DNA of 64,000 nucleotides, from contig OZ223236.1 of assembly GCA_965140445.1 (NCBI GenBank), forward strand, positions 2,240,001-2,304,000, in the 5' to 3' direction. Positions 46,698-56,365 of the stretch are shown piece after piece. The position numbers were made by a program, and so were the translations under genes. This DNA comes from Candidatus Ozemobacteraceae bacterium. Lineage in GTDB: Bacteria > Muiribacteriota > Ozemobacteria > Ozemobacterales > Ozemobacteraceae. Numbering within the stretch: the stretch's first letter is position 1; each line of letters begins with the position of its first letter. Under the pieces are notes generated by a model. That model made no database searches. It was not told where the DNA came from and was given only the letters and a program-made list of their open reading frames with translations.

Positions 46698-48503
46698 TCA
46701 GGGAAGCTCTTGCTTAGCTAATCTGACTAGAAGATCCAATTCTTCTTTATGTCCCAGAATAGCATTTTCCCAGAACGATTCTTGTTCGAGGTCTTCGCCA
46801 ATTGTCTTTTTGACAACCAAATGCGCCAGGTCAGAGCCGGATTGTTTCAGAAATTCCTGGTAATAAGGAAGGAATTCTTTTCTATTTTCTTTGAAACGCT
46901 TATAAAGACCACAACTCAGCAAGTAACCAAATGTATAGGGGTAGTTGTAAAAAGAAATTCCAGTTTTATAAAAATGCTTGGTTGAGGCCCATGAATAAAG
47001 ACTTATACTGTCTGGGTCCATAGTGTCGCCATACATTCTTATAGAAGCAGCTTTCATTAATTCTTTTAATCTTGAAACGGCAACTTCTCCATTTGCTCTT
47101 TCCTCATAGAAGGATTTTTCAAAATAAAAACGGCTGGGAACATCCATTAAAAAGATCATTGCTCGATTCAGTTTGAGCGAAAGTGTTAAAAGCTTTCTTG
47201 AGTCTGGAACTTCTTCAGAATTAAGAACTCCGTCAGCTAGTAAAAACTCAGCAAAAGTTGAGGCAGTTTCAGCAAGGGTCATTGGATAGCTCCGCGTAAA
47301 GCCTCTCATTCCTTTCATTTGTCTGTTATGAAACGCATGTCCAGCCTCGTGTGCCAGCGTGGAAATGTCTCCATATTGACCTGCAAAAGTCATGAATATT
47401 CTAGATTCTTCAATGAAAGCTGAACTGGTGCAAAATGCGCCCGGAACTTTATCATCTGATGGAATAGAATCAATCCATCTTTTTTCAATTGTTTCGTTAA
47501 AGAATTTCCCCAGCTCTGGAAGACTTTTTGAAAAAGAATTCCGCACCATTTCGACCCCGTTAGCCCAAGTGCTTTTACCAACGCCAGGGGTGCAGATAGG
47601 TGCACGAAGGTCAAATTCTGAGAGCTTGGGCAATTTTAGTATTTTGGCCTTTGTCGCAACGATTTCTCTACAGAAATCAATGTTTTTATCAATTGCAGAA
47701 AACATTGCTTCAAGCGTCTTTGCAGAGATTCTTGACTGTCTCAATGCATTATCCATAAAGCCAGAAAGTCCTCGTTTTTTATAAAGAAGCAGGCGAGTAC
47801 CGGCAATAGAGTTTAGCGCCTGGGCGCAGACATCTTCTGCGCTTTGCCATGCCTTTTCAGCTCCTCTGAATGCTGCTTCTCTGACCTTCCTGTCGCCGCT
47901 TTGAATTAGGGATCGGTAACGTGAAACAGGTAAGGAAATAGGTTGGCCTTCCTCGTTTATTGCATCCAGCTTCAATTTTCCGCTCATTGATTGATAAAGT
48001 CTTTCCCATGCACTAAAGCCTGTTATGCTCAATTCAGAAGAAAGGTCTTCTAATTCAGAGTCCATCATCAGGTTTGCATTTTTTCTTGCCTCAGAAAGCA
48101 TAAAAGAGGCTGAATTAAGGGCAGGACGTGAAAGAAATTCAGCAAAATCTTCATTGCTGATCGAAGTTAATGATTTTTTCAGGTGGGTATTTAACTTGCT
48201 TAATCTGGTTGAGATCTGAGCAAGCTCAATTGATTCTTTTTTATACTTTTCACTGCTGGTTTTTGCTTTTAATAAACAGTTCACGTAGGTTCCAAGATGG
48301 CGGAATTTCAATTGAAATTTTTCCATATCCAGCAACCATTTTTCCCAGGCAGCAAAATTGGCTTTACTGAGTTCTTGTAGGTTTTCAGCACTTTTTTCAA
48401 GTGCATCAATATTTTTAAATGTTTCTGATTTAAAATCCAGCATTTCTTTTCCGCGAAACTCGGGAAAAAAGCTGTCGAGGCTCCAATTCATTCCTTGTTG
48501 CAT
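46698..48503 (-). CDS. pepF: M3B oligoendopeptidase F (copy 2)
   Basis: GAFC, TLAHEAGHAFH, PMTLAETASTFAE, FYNYPYTFG. Confidence 0.9.
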   Translation of the reverse strand: MQQGMNWSLDSFFPEFRGKEMLDFKSETFKNIDALEKSAENLQELSKANFAAWEKWLLDMEKFQLKFRHLGTYVNCLLKAKTSSEKYKKESIELAQISTRLSKLNTHLKKSLTSISNEDFAEFLSRPALNSASFMLSEARKNANLMMDSELEDLSSELSITGFSAWERLYQSMSGKLKLDAINEEGQPISLPVSRYRSLIQSGDRKVREAAFRGAEKAWQSAEDVCAQALNSIAGTRLLLYKKRGLSGFMDNALRQSRISAKTLEAMFSAIDKNIDFCREIVATKAKILKLPKLSEFDLRAPICTPGVGKSTWANGVEMVRNSFSKSLPELGKFFNETIEKRWIDSIPSDDKVPGAFCTSSAFIEESRIFMTFAGQYGDISTLAHEAGHAFHNRQMKGMRGFTRSYPMTLAETASTFAEFLLADGVLNSEEVPDSRKLLTLSLKLNRAMIFLMDVPSRFYFEKSFYEERANGEVAVSRLKELMKAASIRMYGDTMDPDSISLYSWASTKHFYKTGISFYNYPYTFGYLLSCGLYKRFKENRKEFLPYYQEFLKQSGSDLAHLVVKKTIGEDLEQESFWENAILGHKEELDLLVRLAKQELP

Positions 48504-48560
48504 TTTTTTTCTCTTTTCTATATATAAAAAAATTGAGCCCGGAAAACGGGCCCGCGAAAC

Positions 48561-50375
48561 TTATTTTAGAACTTTTTTTGCTAATTCCTTAAACAACTTC
48601 AGTTCAGGTTCATGGCTTAAAATTGATGCCGTCCAGAAAGCGGTATCTTCAAGGTCAGCACCAATGGTTTCTTGAGCAACAATATGTGCATAATCACTGC
48701 CAGAACGTCTTAAGAACTCTCTATATTTGGGAAGGAAAGCTTCTCTGTCCTGTTTAAACATTGTATATAGACCACGCGACAGAAGATATCCAAAAGAATA
48801 AGGGTAGTTATAAAAGCTTGCATCGGTTAAGTAAAAGTGCATTTTTGATGCCCAGAAAAATGGATCTTCACCGTTATCAATAAGTAGGTTACCAAACTTT
48901 TCTTTCATGGCATTGCTCATTAATTCTTTTAGGCGTGCAACACTTACTTCACTCTTTTTTCTTTCTTCGTAGAAAGACTTTTCGAACATGAATCTGATTG
49001 GAATGTCTATTAAAAAAGCCATTCCGTGATTTAATTCTTGTGTCAGAATGTTAAGCTTTTGAGCATCTGAAATCTCAGGGTCATTTAGAATTCCATCTGC
49101 CAGAAGCATTTCGCCAAAAGTTGATGCAGCTTCAGCTAATGTCATTGGATAATTTTTTAAATTAGGCCGCATTCCCTTCATAAGATGGCTATGGAATGCG
49201 TGTCCGATCTCATGGGCAAGGGTAGAAACATCTCCAAGACTTCCTGAATGAGTCATGAATACTCTGGATTCTTCTGTTAAGTAAGAACCTGTACAAAAAG
49301 CGCCTGGCATTTTACCATTTCGAGGTTCGGCCTCAACCCATCTTTTATCAATTGCCATTCGAAAAAATTCACCCAGTTCAGGAATGCTTTGTGAGAAAGC
49401 GTTATCTACAAGTTTTACTGCTTTTTCCCATGAATACTTTTCCAGTCCAGGAATTTCAACTGGAGCTTCAAAGTCATACCAGGTTAGCCCGTTAAGTCCC
49501 ATTATCTCAGCCTTTGCAAATCCTAATTTTCTTGCAAAGTCGGCATTTTCTTCGATCGCTTTAAACATAGCATCAAGAGATTTTTGAGAAATTCTTGATT
49601 CTTTTAGCGATTGGTCGAGGAAGTTTTCTATCCCGCGTTTTTTATTGATTGTAAGCCGGGTGCCAGCTATTGAATTTAAAGCTTGAGCGCAGATGTCCGA
49701 GATATTTTCCCAGGCTTTGTTGCCTCTTTCAAAAGCATTTTTTCTAACTTCTCTATCTGGATTTTGCATTAATGAACGACATTGAGCCATAGGAATTTCT
49801 TCTTCTTTTCCATCAGGCCAGAGCATATTAAAGGAAAGTTTTCCGCTTAATGTGAAATATAGTCTTTCCCATGCACTGTAACCAACTACTCCCAGCTCGG
49901 CATTCAGGTTTTCCAGTTCCTTAGTCATCGAAGTTTTAGCCCTGGCTCTTGATTCTTTTAGCATAAGATGGATGTCTTTAAGTTTTTCTCTTTTCAGGAA
50001 GTTTGAGAAATCCTCATCGCTAACTTCGATAAAACCTAAATCCAGATTAATACCTAATTTCTCAAATTCCGCACCAAGAGTTGCCATTTCAGATGATTCT
50101 CTTTGATATTCTTCGTTGTTGGCGTCATCGGCTGTTAAGCAGCCAATGTAAGAGAAAAAATGGCTGGCGTATTTGCTCAAATCTTCTAAATCGAGTATGC
50201 ACTTTTCCCAGGCCTCAAAATTATTAGCTGAAAGCGGTGCTAATTGAGAGATTTCCGATTGCAGATTCTGAATTTTTTTCTTTAAATCTGCTTTAAATTC
50301 AATCATTTCCGGGCCTTGAAATTTTGGAAAAAAGGAATCCAAATTCCAGGTTACAGCTTCATTCATACTGTACAT
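48561..50375 (-). CDS. pepF: M3B oligoendopeptidase F (copy 1)
   Basis: GAFC, TLAHEIGHAFH, PMTLAEAASTFGE, FYNYPYSFG. Confidence 0.9.
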   Translation of the reverse strand: MYSMNEAVTWNLDSFFPKFQGPEMIEFKADLKKKIQNLQSEISQLAPLSANNFEAWEKCILDLEDLSKYASHFFSYIGCLTADDANNEEYQRESSEMATLGAEFEKLGINLDLGFIEVSDEDFSNFLKREKLKDIHLMLKESRARAKTSMTKELENLNAELGVVGYSAWERLYFTLSGKLSFNMLWPDGKEEEIPMAQCRSLMQNPDREVRKNAFERGNKAWENISDICAQALNSIAGTRLTINKKRGIENFLDQSLKESRISQKSLDAMFKAIEENADFARKLGFAKAEIMGLNGLTWYDFEAPVEIPGLEKYSWEKAVKLVDNAFSQSIPELGEFFRMAIDKRWVEAEPRNGKMPGAFCTGSYLTEESRVFMTHSGSLGDVSTLAHEIGHAFHSHLMKGMRPNLKNYPMTLAEAASTFGEMLLADGILNDPEISDAQKLNILTQELNHGMAFLIDIPIRFMFEKSFYEERKKSEVSVARLKELMSNAMKEKFGNLLIDNGEDPFFWASKMHFYLTDASFYNYPYSFGYLLSRGLYTMFKQDREAFLPKYREFLRRSGSDYAHIVAQETIGADLEDTAFWTASILSHEPELKLFKELAKKVLK

Positions 50376-50493
50376 TCCTCCTTGATGGATTGGCAGAAAT
50401 ATAGCACTTTTTTGCAGGTCAAATCAAGTCCAATACCGAAGCAGAGAGCCTTTAAAGCCTTATGAATAAAGACTGTGGGATGAGAATATAAGT

Positions 50494-51891
50494 TTATATA
50501 ATTATTGGAATTAGTAAATTAAGAGCTTTTCTTAGTTCAGTTTCCGACAACCCGCCAAATCCTATAACCAGACCTTTTGTCTTAGCTGAAGAAATGCTTT
50601 GGTTATAGCTGGACAGTCCAATAATACGAATCCCGGTTAATCTGGCTTTTTCAACTATCGATTTCTCCGAAAGCTTTGATTTTAAATGCAGCAATACGTG
50701 GAGACCAGAATTTACGCCAGATATGGAAATATGTTTCTGATAAGGGGATAGAATTTCGATTAAGACTTCTATTTTTCTTTTATAAGCTTTTCGCATTCGA
50801 TTTAGGTGTTTTTCAAAGCCTCCTTCTTTGATGAAGCTGGCAAGAATAAGCTGGTCTACTCTTGATACAGTGCAAGAGTAAAAAAAGAACTCTCTTTGGT
50901 ATTTTTCCATCAAATTTAACGGAAGAACCATGTATCCAATTCTTAATGATGGACAAAGAGACTTTGAAAAAGTTGATAAATAAATTACTTTGTCATTTTC
51001 TGCAATACTTTGCAGAGATGGTATAGGAACGCCACTGTATCTGAATTCACTGTCATAGTCGTCTTCAATGATATATCTGTCTTTCGACTCTCTGGCCCAG
51101 TTTAATAATTTCACCCTTCTGTTAGCTGATAGAATGCTCGCATTTGGGAATTGATGAGCCGGGGTCAGATAAAGGATGTTGGCGTTACTTTTCAAAACTT
51201 CATCAACTACAACACCTTGTTCGTCAATGCTTAGAGGAAGATATTTTCTTTGAAAACATTCCAGGACATGTCTGATTAGTGGGTAACCTGGGTTTTCAAC
51301 TCCATAGGTTGCTTTGTCCCCTAAAAGTGAAATCAATTGAGGGAATAGTTGTTCAATCCCAGATCCGATAACAATTTGATCTACAGAACAATTTACCCCT
51401 CTTGAGTAAAAGAGATAATTTGCAATTTCACTACGTAGTTCTAACTCTCCAGTTGGGCACCCAAGATTTAGTATATCTGAATTTTCTTTGGACAAAACTT
51501 GCTTGTGAATCTTTTTCCACGTAGAAAAAGGGAAAAGGTCTGTTTCTATTCTCCCTGGATGAAAATCAAACTCTATTTCATTATCAAATTTTTCATGAAT
51601 TGGTTTCGTTTTAAAATTTTTATTTGGGATTTTAATAAGTTCTTCGTCGGCTTGAACGAAAAATCCACTGCGTGGCTTTGAAATGATGAAGCCTTCAGCA
51701 ACTAATTGCTCATAAGCAATCTCTACAGGCGTTTGACTAATTCCAAGCCCTTCGCTGAGCTTTTTTTTGGCTGGTAATCTTGTTCCAAAAGATAATTTCC
51801 CATCAATAATTGCCTTTTTTATATGGGAATAAATTTGTTCATAAAGGGGTTTTCGAAAATTCTTATTGATATTAAAGCTCAAGTTATACAT
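50494..51891 (-). CDS. pdxR: MocR/GntR PLP-dependent regulator PdxR
   Basis: wHTH (PLYEQIY, AYEQLVAEG..ISKPRSGFFV) plus aminotransferase-like domain (TPAHQFP, IIEDDYDSEFRY, TFSKSL); divergent from pdxST. Confidence 0.9.
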   Translation of the reverse strand: MYNLSFNINKNFRKPLYEQIYSHIKKAIIDGKLSFGTRLPAKKKLSEGLGISQTPVEIAYEQLVAEGFIISKPRSGFFVQADEELIKIPNKNFKTKPIHEKFDNEIEFDFHPGRIETDLFPFSTWKKIHKQVLSKENSDILNLGCPTGELELRSEIANYLFYSRGVNCSVDQIVIGSGIEQLFPQLISLLGDKATYGVENPGYPLIRHVLECFQRKYLPLSIDEQGVVVDEVLKSNANILYLTPAHQFPNASILSANRRVKLLNWARESKDRYIIEDDYDSEFRYSGVPIPSLQSIAENDKVIYLSTFSKSLCPSLRIGYMVLPLNLMEKYQREFFFYSCTVSRVDQLILASFIKEGGFEKHLNRMRKAYKRKIEVLIEILSPYQKHISISGVNSGLHVLLHLKSKLSEKSIVEKARLTGIRIIGLSSYNQSISSAKTKGLVIGFGGLSETELRKALNLLIPIII

Positions 51892-51909
51892 TTCCCACCA
51901 GCCCGATTT

Positions 51910-51958
51910 AAACTGACCACTTTATAAAAGTAGAAACTGACTATTTTAAAATAGTCAG
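51910..51958. promoter_or_regulatory. PdxR operator: two direct AAACTGAC repeats plus one inverted GTCAG
   Basis: AAACTGAC at 51910 and 51934; perfect 22-bp palindrome CTGACTATTTTAAAATAGTCAG at 51937-51958. Confidence 0.8.
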
Positions 51959-52005
51959 CTGTATTGTAGCCTCCTCTTGTTTAAATTTGCAATCATGGAG
52001 AACAA

Positions 52006-52896
52006 ATGGAAAATATTAACAAGGGAACGATACGGGTAAAAAGAGGGATGGCAGAAATGCAAAAGGGCGGCGTTATAATGGATGTCATCAATGCGGATCA
52101 GGCTAAGATTGCTGAAGCGGCTGGAGCAGTAGCAGTTATGGCACTTGAAAGAGTTCCGTCTGATATAAGAAAAGCCGGTGGGGTCGCCAGAATGGCTGAT
52201 CCCAGAATTGTTGAAGAAGTCTTAAATGCAGTTTCAATTCCAGTTATGGCAAAGGCAAGAATAGGGCATATTTCAGAAGCAAGAATTCTTGAAAGTATGG
52301 GCGTCGATTACATTGATGAAAGCGAAGTTCTTACTCCAGCGGATGATGAATTTCACATCTGGAAAACTGATTTTACAGTACCATTTGTTTGTGGATGCAG
52401 AGATCTTGGAGAAGCTGCCCGTAGAATTGGGGAAGGCGCTTCAATGCTACGAACAAAGGGTGAACCAGGAACTGGAAACATTGTTGAAGCTGTAAGGCAT
52501 ATGCGTCAAGTAAATTCTCAGGTAAAAAAGATTCTCAATATGAGTGAAGATGAGTTGATGACAGAAGCAAAAAAACTTGGCGCACCAATCCATATTTTAG
52601 TTGAAATCAGAAAAGCTGGCAGGCTTCCTGTGGTAAATTTTGCGGCTGGGGGAATTGCAACTCCTGCTGATGCTGCTTTAATGATGGAACTTGGGGCCGA
52701 TGGAGTTTTTGTTGGTTCTGGTATTTTCAAGTCTGAAAACCCTGAAAAATTTGCACGAGCAATAGTTCAGGCTACAACTCATTTCAAAGATTATAAAATG
52801 CTTGCGGAATTATCTAAAGATCTTGGAACGCCAATGAAAGGAATAGAAATTTCACAACTATTGCCACAGGAAAGAATGCAGGACAGAGGTGAATGA
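52006..52896 (+). CDS. pdxS: PLP synthase lyase subunit
   Basis: [50 protein letters not shown]. Confidence 0.98.
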   Translation: MENINKGTIRVKRGMAEMQKGGVIMDVINADQAKIAEAAGAVAVMALERVPSDIRKAGGVARMADPRIVEEVLNAVSIPVMAKARIGHISEARILESMGVDYIDESEVLTPADDEFHIWKTDFTVPFVCGCRDLGEAARRIGEGASMLRTKGEPGTGNIVEAVRHMRQVNSQVKKILNMSEDELMTEAKKLGAPIHILVEIRKAGRLPVVNFAAGGIATPADAALMMELGADGVFVGSGIFKSENPEKFARAIVQATTHFKDYKMLAELSKDLGTPMKGIEISQLLPQERMQDRGE

Positions 52897-53471
52897 TTGT
52901 GAAAGTTGGAGTTCTTGCCTTTCAGGGGGCAGTAAGTGAAATATTCAATGCAGTCAGATTGGGGGGAGCAGAGCCTGTTTCTGTAAAGAAACCGAATGAT
53001 CTAAATTCAATAGAGGCTTTGATACTACCTGGTGGTGAAAGTTCTGCTATGAGAAAGCTCATTGACGGCGTGGGCATGCTTCAACCACTGAAAGACTTTG
53101 TCGATTCTGGAAAACCTGTGATGGGAATTTGCGCGGGGATGATCTTGCTGGCGAGAGAAATCGAAGGAGAGCTAGAGCCACATATTGCAAAAATGGATGT
53201 TTCAGTAAAAAGGAATTCGTTTGGACGCCAGGTGGATAGCTTTGAAACAAGCTTAAGTATAAAAGGCATTGGAGAGGGATTCCCTGCTGTTTTTATCAGG
53301 GCTCCTCATATTACCGGTGTGGGTGAAGAGGTAGAGGTTCTGGCAAAGGTTGAAGATAGAGTGGTATTCGCTCGACAGAATAATCTTGTTGGTTGCTCAT
53401 TTCATCCAGAATTAACGGAAGATACGAGGATTATGTTCTGGTTCCTGAGTTTGATTCAAACTAAAGAATGA
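52893..53471 (+). CDS. pdxT: PLP synthase glutaminase subunit
   Basis: GVLAFQG, LPGGES, GICAGMI, RNSFGRQ..SF, FIRAP, SFHPEL. Confidence 0.97.
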   Translation: MIVKVGVLAFQGAVSEIFNAVRLGGAEPVSVKKPNDLNSIEALILPGGESSAMRKLIDGVGMLQPLKDFVDSGKPVMGICAGMILLAREIEGELEPHIAKMDVSVKRNSFGRQVDSFETSLSIKGIGEGFPAVFIRAPHITGVGEEVEVLAKVEDRVVFARQNNLVGCSFHPELTEDTRIMFWFLSLIQTKE

Positions 53472-53652
53472 CAATTTCGTCATCTTCCTTATTGTCTTTT
53501 TCTTGATGAAAATTTTCGGTAGAAATACTATTTTTATCTATTGTCTGGTCAGCATTTTTGCTGGCCTTTTTTTTTGTGTTCTTTTTGCTGTTTTTAACAA
53601 AAACATCTTCAACCTGATCCGACATGATACTAATAATCGTTGATTTAACCAC
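53461..53652 (-). CDS. Small charged hypothetical protein
   Basis: GGAG RBS and GTG start 14 nt downstream of the M50-like gene; 63 aa. Confidence 0.4.
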   Translation of the reverse strand: MVKSTIISIMSDQVEDVFVKNSKKNTKKKASKNADQTIDKNSISTENFHQEKDNKEDDEIVIL

Positions 53653-53666
53653 TTGTTTCTCCGTTA

Positions 53667-54401
53667 TTAAATAAAATCAGCCAAAAACTGTTGTGAATTC
53701 AAAATATACGGGGCAAGGCTACCGGTAAGCAAACTTGTTATTCCATTAAATACAGGAAGAAATATGATTTGATCAAAGCGGAAAAAAACAATGGCAAGTA
53801 AAATCAAAACTGAATAAGGATGGATTTTTGAAAAAATATCGCAAACCTTTTTTCCCCCTGCGAGCATAAGTAGTTCACTTCCCGTAAAGGGAGGTATAGG
53901 TAGAAAGTTGATAAGAAAAAAGCTTAAGTTTACAGAGAAAACTTTAAACAGAAGTCTGATGAAATAGTTTCCAGGCATGCAGCCGGCCAGATTTGGGAAA
54001 ATTGCTAACTTTGGCAGGAGCGAAAGGAAAAGTCCAACTACCAGGCACGCTATCAAATTCCCCATAATTCCGGAGATTGAAGCTAGAAAACGATTTTTAT
54101 GATTTGAATTAATGGTGGAATCTGATTCAGAGAAAAAAGTTTTACTCCAGCCAAAAACCATCGGCGTTCCAAGGATAACGAGGCCTATCGGAAAAAGGGT
54201 GCCAATAAAGTCCAGGTGGGTTAACGGGTTTGGGCATAAGCGGCTTTTAACTGTTTGCTCCTCTGGATAAGCCTTTTGAAGCGCGTAAGCAGAAAAAACA
54301 GAGTTGAGAACTACTGCTATAAAAAAAGCCGGGGTATATTCTATGATTAATTCTGTAATTCGCACTGTTAGCATCTGGTTCATGGTGGTAGAATAACACA
54401 A
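53667..54401 (-). CDS. Site-2 protease (M50)-like membrane protein lacking catalytic motifs
   Basis: RL..NP..HLD..GT, FGWSK and NFLPIPPF.G match the M50B/YwhC family, but HExxH is absent. Confidence 0.75.
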   Translation of the reverse strand: MCYSTTMNQMLTVRITELIIEYTPAFFIAVVLNSVFSAYALQKAYPEEQTVKSRLCPNPLTHLDFIGTLFPIGLVILGTPMVFGWSKTFFSESDSTINSNHKNRFLASISGIMGNLIACLVVGLFLSLLPKLAIFPNLAGCMPGNYFIRLLFKVFSVNLSFFLINFLPIPPFTGSELLMLAGGKKVCDIFSKIHPYSVLILLAIVFFRFDQIIFLPVFNGITSLLTGSLAPYILNSQQFLADFI

Positions 54402-54447
54402 TGTATAGTGACTTTAAACCGAAAATAGGGTTCGGATTCTCCCGCCC

Positions 54448-54476
54448 TTGACATGTTGTTGCAATTACATCATTAT
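54448..54476 (+). promoter_or_regulatory. sigma70-type promoter for yitJ-metH
   Basis: TTGACA-N17-CATTAT, 29 nt before the ATG. Confidence 0.55.
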
Positions 54477-54505
54477 AGGCGCGAAAAAAAAATATAGGAG
54501 AGCTT

Positions 54506-56353
54506 ATGCTTCAGGATTTTAGAAAGTTTCTTGAAAACAATATTGTGACTTTTGACGGGGCAATGGGGACAATGCTTTATTCAAAAGGCGTTTATATCAA
54601 CCGCGTTTATGATGAATTAAATTTGTCACAGCCTTCGTTGGTTAAGGAAGTCCACAGAGAATACCTTGAAGCAGGCGCTATGGTGCTTGAGACTAATACC
54701 TTTGGCGCAAACAAGTTTAAGCTTGCTCCTCATGGGTTGGCAGATAAATTGGAAGTAATTAATTTCCAGGCAGCCAAAATAGCTCGTGAAGTTGCAGGGG
54801 AAACTGCCTGGGTTGCTGGGGCAATTGGCCCTTTGGGTATCAGAATAGAGCCTTGGGGAAAAACTTCAGTTGAAGAAGCACAGGCTGCTTTTGAAGAACA
54901 GGTCCGCGGTTTATTGGCAGGCGGGGTTGACCTGTTTATTCTGGAAACTTTTTATGATTTGAATGAAATCCATCAGGCAATAAAAGCTGTTAAAAAGCTT
55001 TGTGACAAGCCAATTATTGCGTCAATGACCATTAATGAGGATGGCAATGCACTTTACGGAACAACAGTTGATGTGTTTACACCAAAACTGGAAGAGTGGG
55101 GCGCTGATGTAATAGGGCTTAACTGCTCTGTAGGCCCGAAAACCATGTTTGATGCGGTCGAAAAGATGAGAAACTTGACCAGCAAACCAATTATGGCTCA
55201 GCCAAATGCGGGCCTGCCAAGGGTTGTTGATGGAAGAACAATTTACCTGTGTAACCCTGAATATTTTGGGGAATACGCAAAAAGATTTATTCAACTTGGT
55301 GTTAAGATTATTGGTGGATGCTGTGGAACTACTCCAGAGCATATTAAATGGGTTAGCACCGCTGTCAGGGCAAACTCTCCACAGCAGCCAAAAATGGCCT
55401 CAATTTTGCCTGCTTCAAAAATTATTGAATCTGTTCCGGAAGAAATAACTATTATTCCACTTGAGGAAAAATCTTCTTTTGGTCAGAAGATAAAAGAGAA
55501 AAAATTTGTAGTTACAGCTGAATTAACACCTCCAAAAGGATGTGACCCTGAAGTTGTTCTCAAGCGCGCTAAAGAATTAAAAGATGCTGGTATCGATGCA
55601 ATTAACATTCCTGATGGGCCTCGCGCTTCTGCAAGGCTTAGCCCAATGGCGATGTCTCTTTTGATCGAGCAGCAGGTTGGTATCGAAACTATTCTGCATT
55701 ATTGTTGCAGAGATCGAAATATTCTTGGTATTCAGTCAGATCTACTTGGAGCCTATGCTATTGGCCTAAGAAATATCCTGGCTATTACAGGTGATCCCCC
55801 AAAAGTTGGGAACTACCCACAGGCTACTGCTGTTTTTGACATTGATGCTATTGGTCTGGTTAACGTAATCCGACGCCTAAATTATGGCAGAGATCTTGGT
55901 GGAAACCTCATCGGAAAGCCAACTGGTTTTGTAATGGGGGTTGGAGCAAATCCTGGTGCAATTGATCTGGATCTTGAAGTTCATAGGTTCGAGTGGAAGG
56001 TTGACGCGGGAGCTGAGTATGCCATAACCCAGCCTGTTTTTGATGCTGAGCTGCTTGAGAGGTTTTTGGAAAGAATAAAACATGTTAGAATTCCTATATT
56101 TGCAGGAATCTGGCCACTTGCAAGCTTGAAAAATGCTGAATTCATGAACAACGAGGTTCCAGGGGCTTCTGTTCCGGATGAGCTTTTGGCAAGAATGAGA
56201 AAAGCTGACACCATTCAGGCGCAGAGAGAAGAGGGGATTGCTATCGCAAGAGAAGCTCTTGAGCGTGTTCGTCCTCTCGTGGATGGAGTTCAGATTAGTG
56301 TTCCTTTCGGACGCGTTGAAAGCGTTTTAAAAGTTATCGAAGTTTTAAAGTAA
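54506..56353 (+). CDS. yitJ: Bifunctional homocysteine S-methyltransferase / methylenetetrahydrofolate reductase (YitJ-like)
   Basis: DGAMGT, TNTFGAN, GLNCSVGP, GGCCGTTPEHI, then MTHFR domain (ELTPPKG, HYCCRDRN, ITGDPP, AITQPVF). Confidence 0.93.
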   Translation: MLQDFRKFLENNIVTFDGAMGTMLYSKGVYINRVYDELNLSQPSLVKEVHREYLEAGAMVLETNTFGANKFKLAPHGLADKLEVINFQAAKIAREVAGETAWVAGAIGPLGIRIEPWGKTSVEEAQAAFEEQVRGLLAGGVDLFILETFYDLNEIHQAIKAVKKLCDKPIIASMTINEDGNALYGTTVDVFTPKLEEWGADVIGLNCSVGPKTMFDAVEKMRNLTSKPIMAQPNAGLPRVVDGRTIYLCNPEYFGEYAKRFIQLGVKIIGGCCGTTPEHIKWVSTAVRANSPQQPKMASILPASKIIESVPEEITIIPLEEKSSFGQKIKEKKFVVTAELTPPKGCDPEVVLKRAKELKDAGIDAINIPDGPRASARLSPMAMSLLIEQQVGIETILHYCCRDRNILGIQSDLLGAYAIGLRNILAITGDPPKVGNYPQATAVFDIDAIGLVNVIRRLNYGRDLGGNLIGKPTGFVMGVGANPGAIDLDLEVHRFEWKVDAGAEYAITQPVFDAELLERFLERIKHVRIPIFAGIWPLASLKNAEFMNNEVPGASVPDELLARMRKADTIQAQREEGIAIAREALERVRPLVDGVQISVPFGRVESVLKVIEVLK

Positions 56354-56365
56354 TTGGAGTATTTG

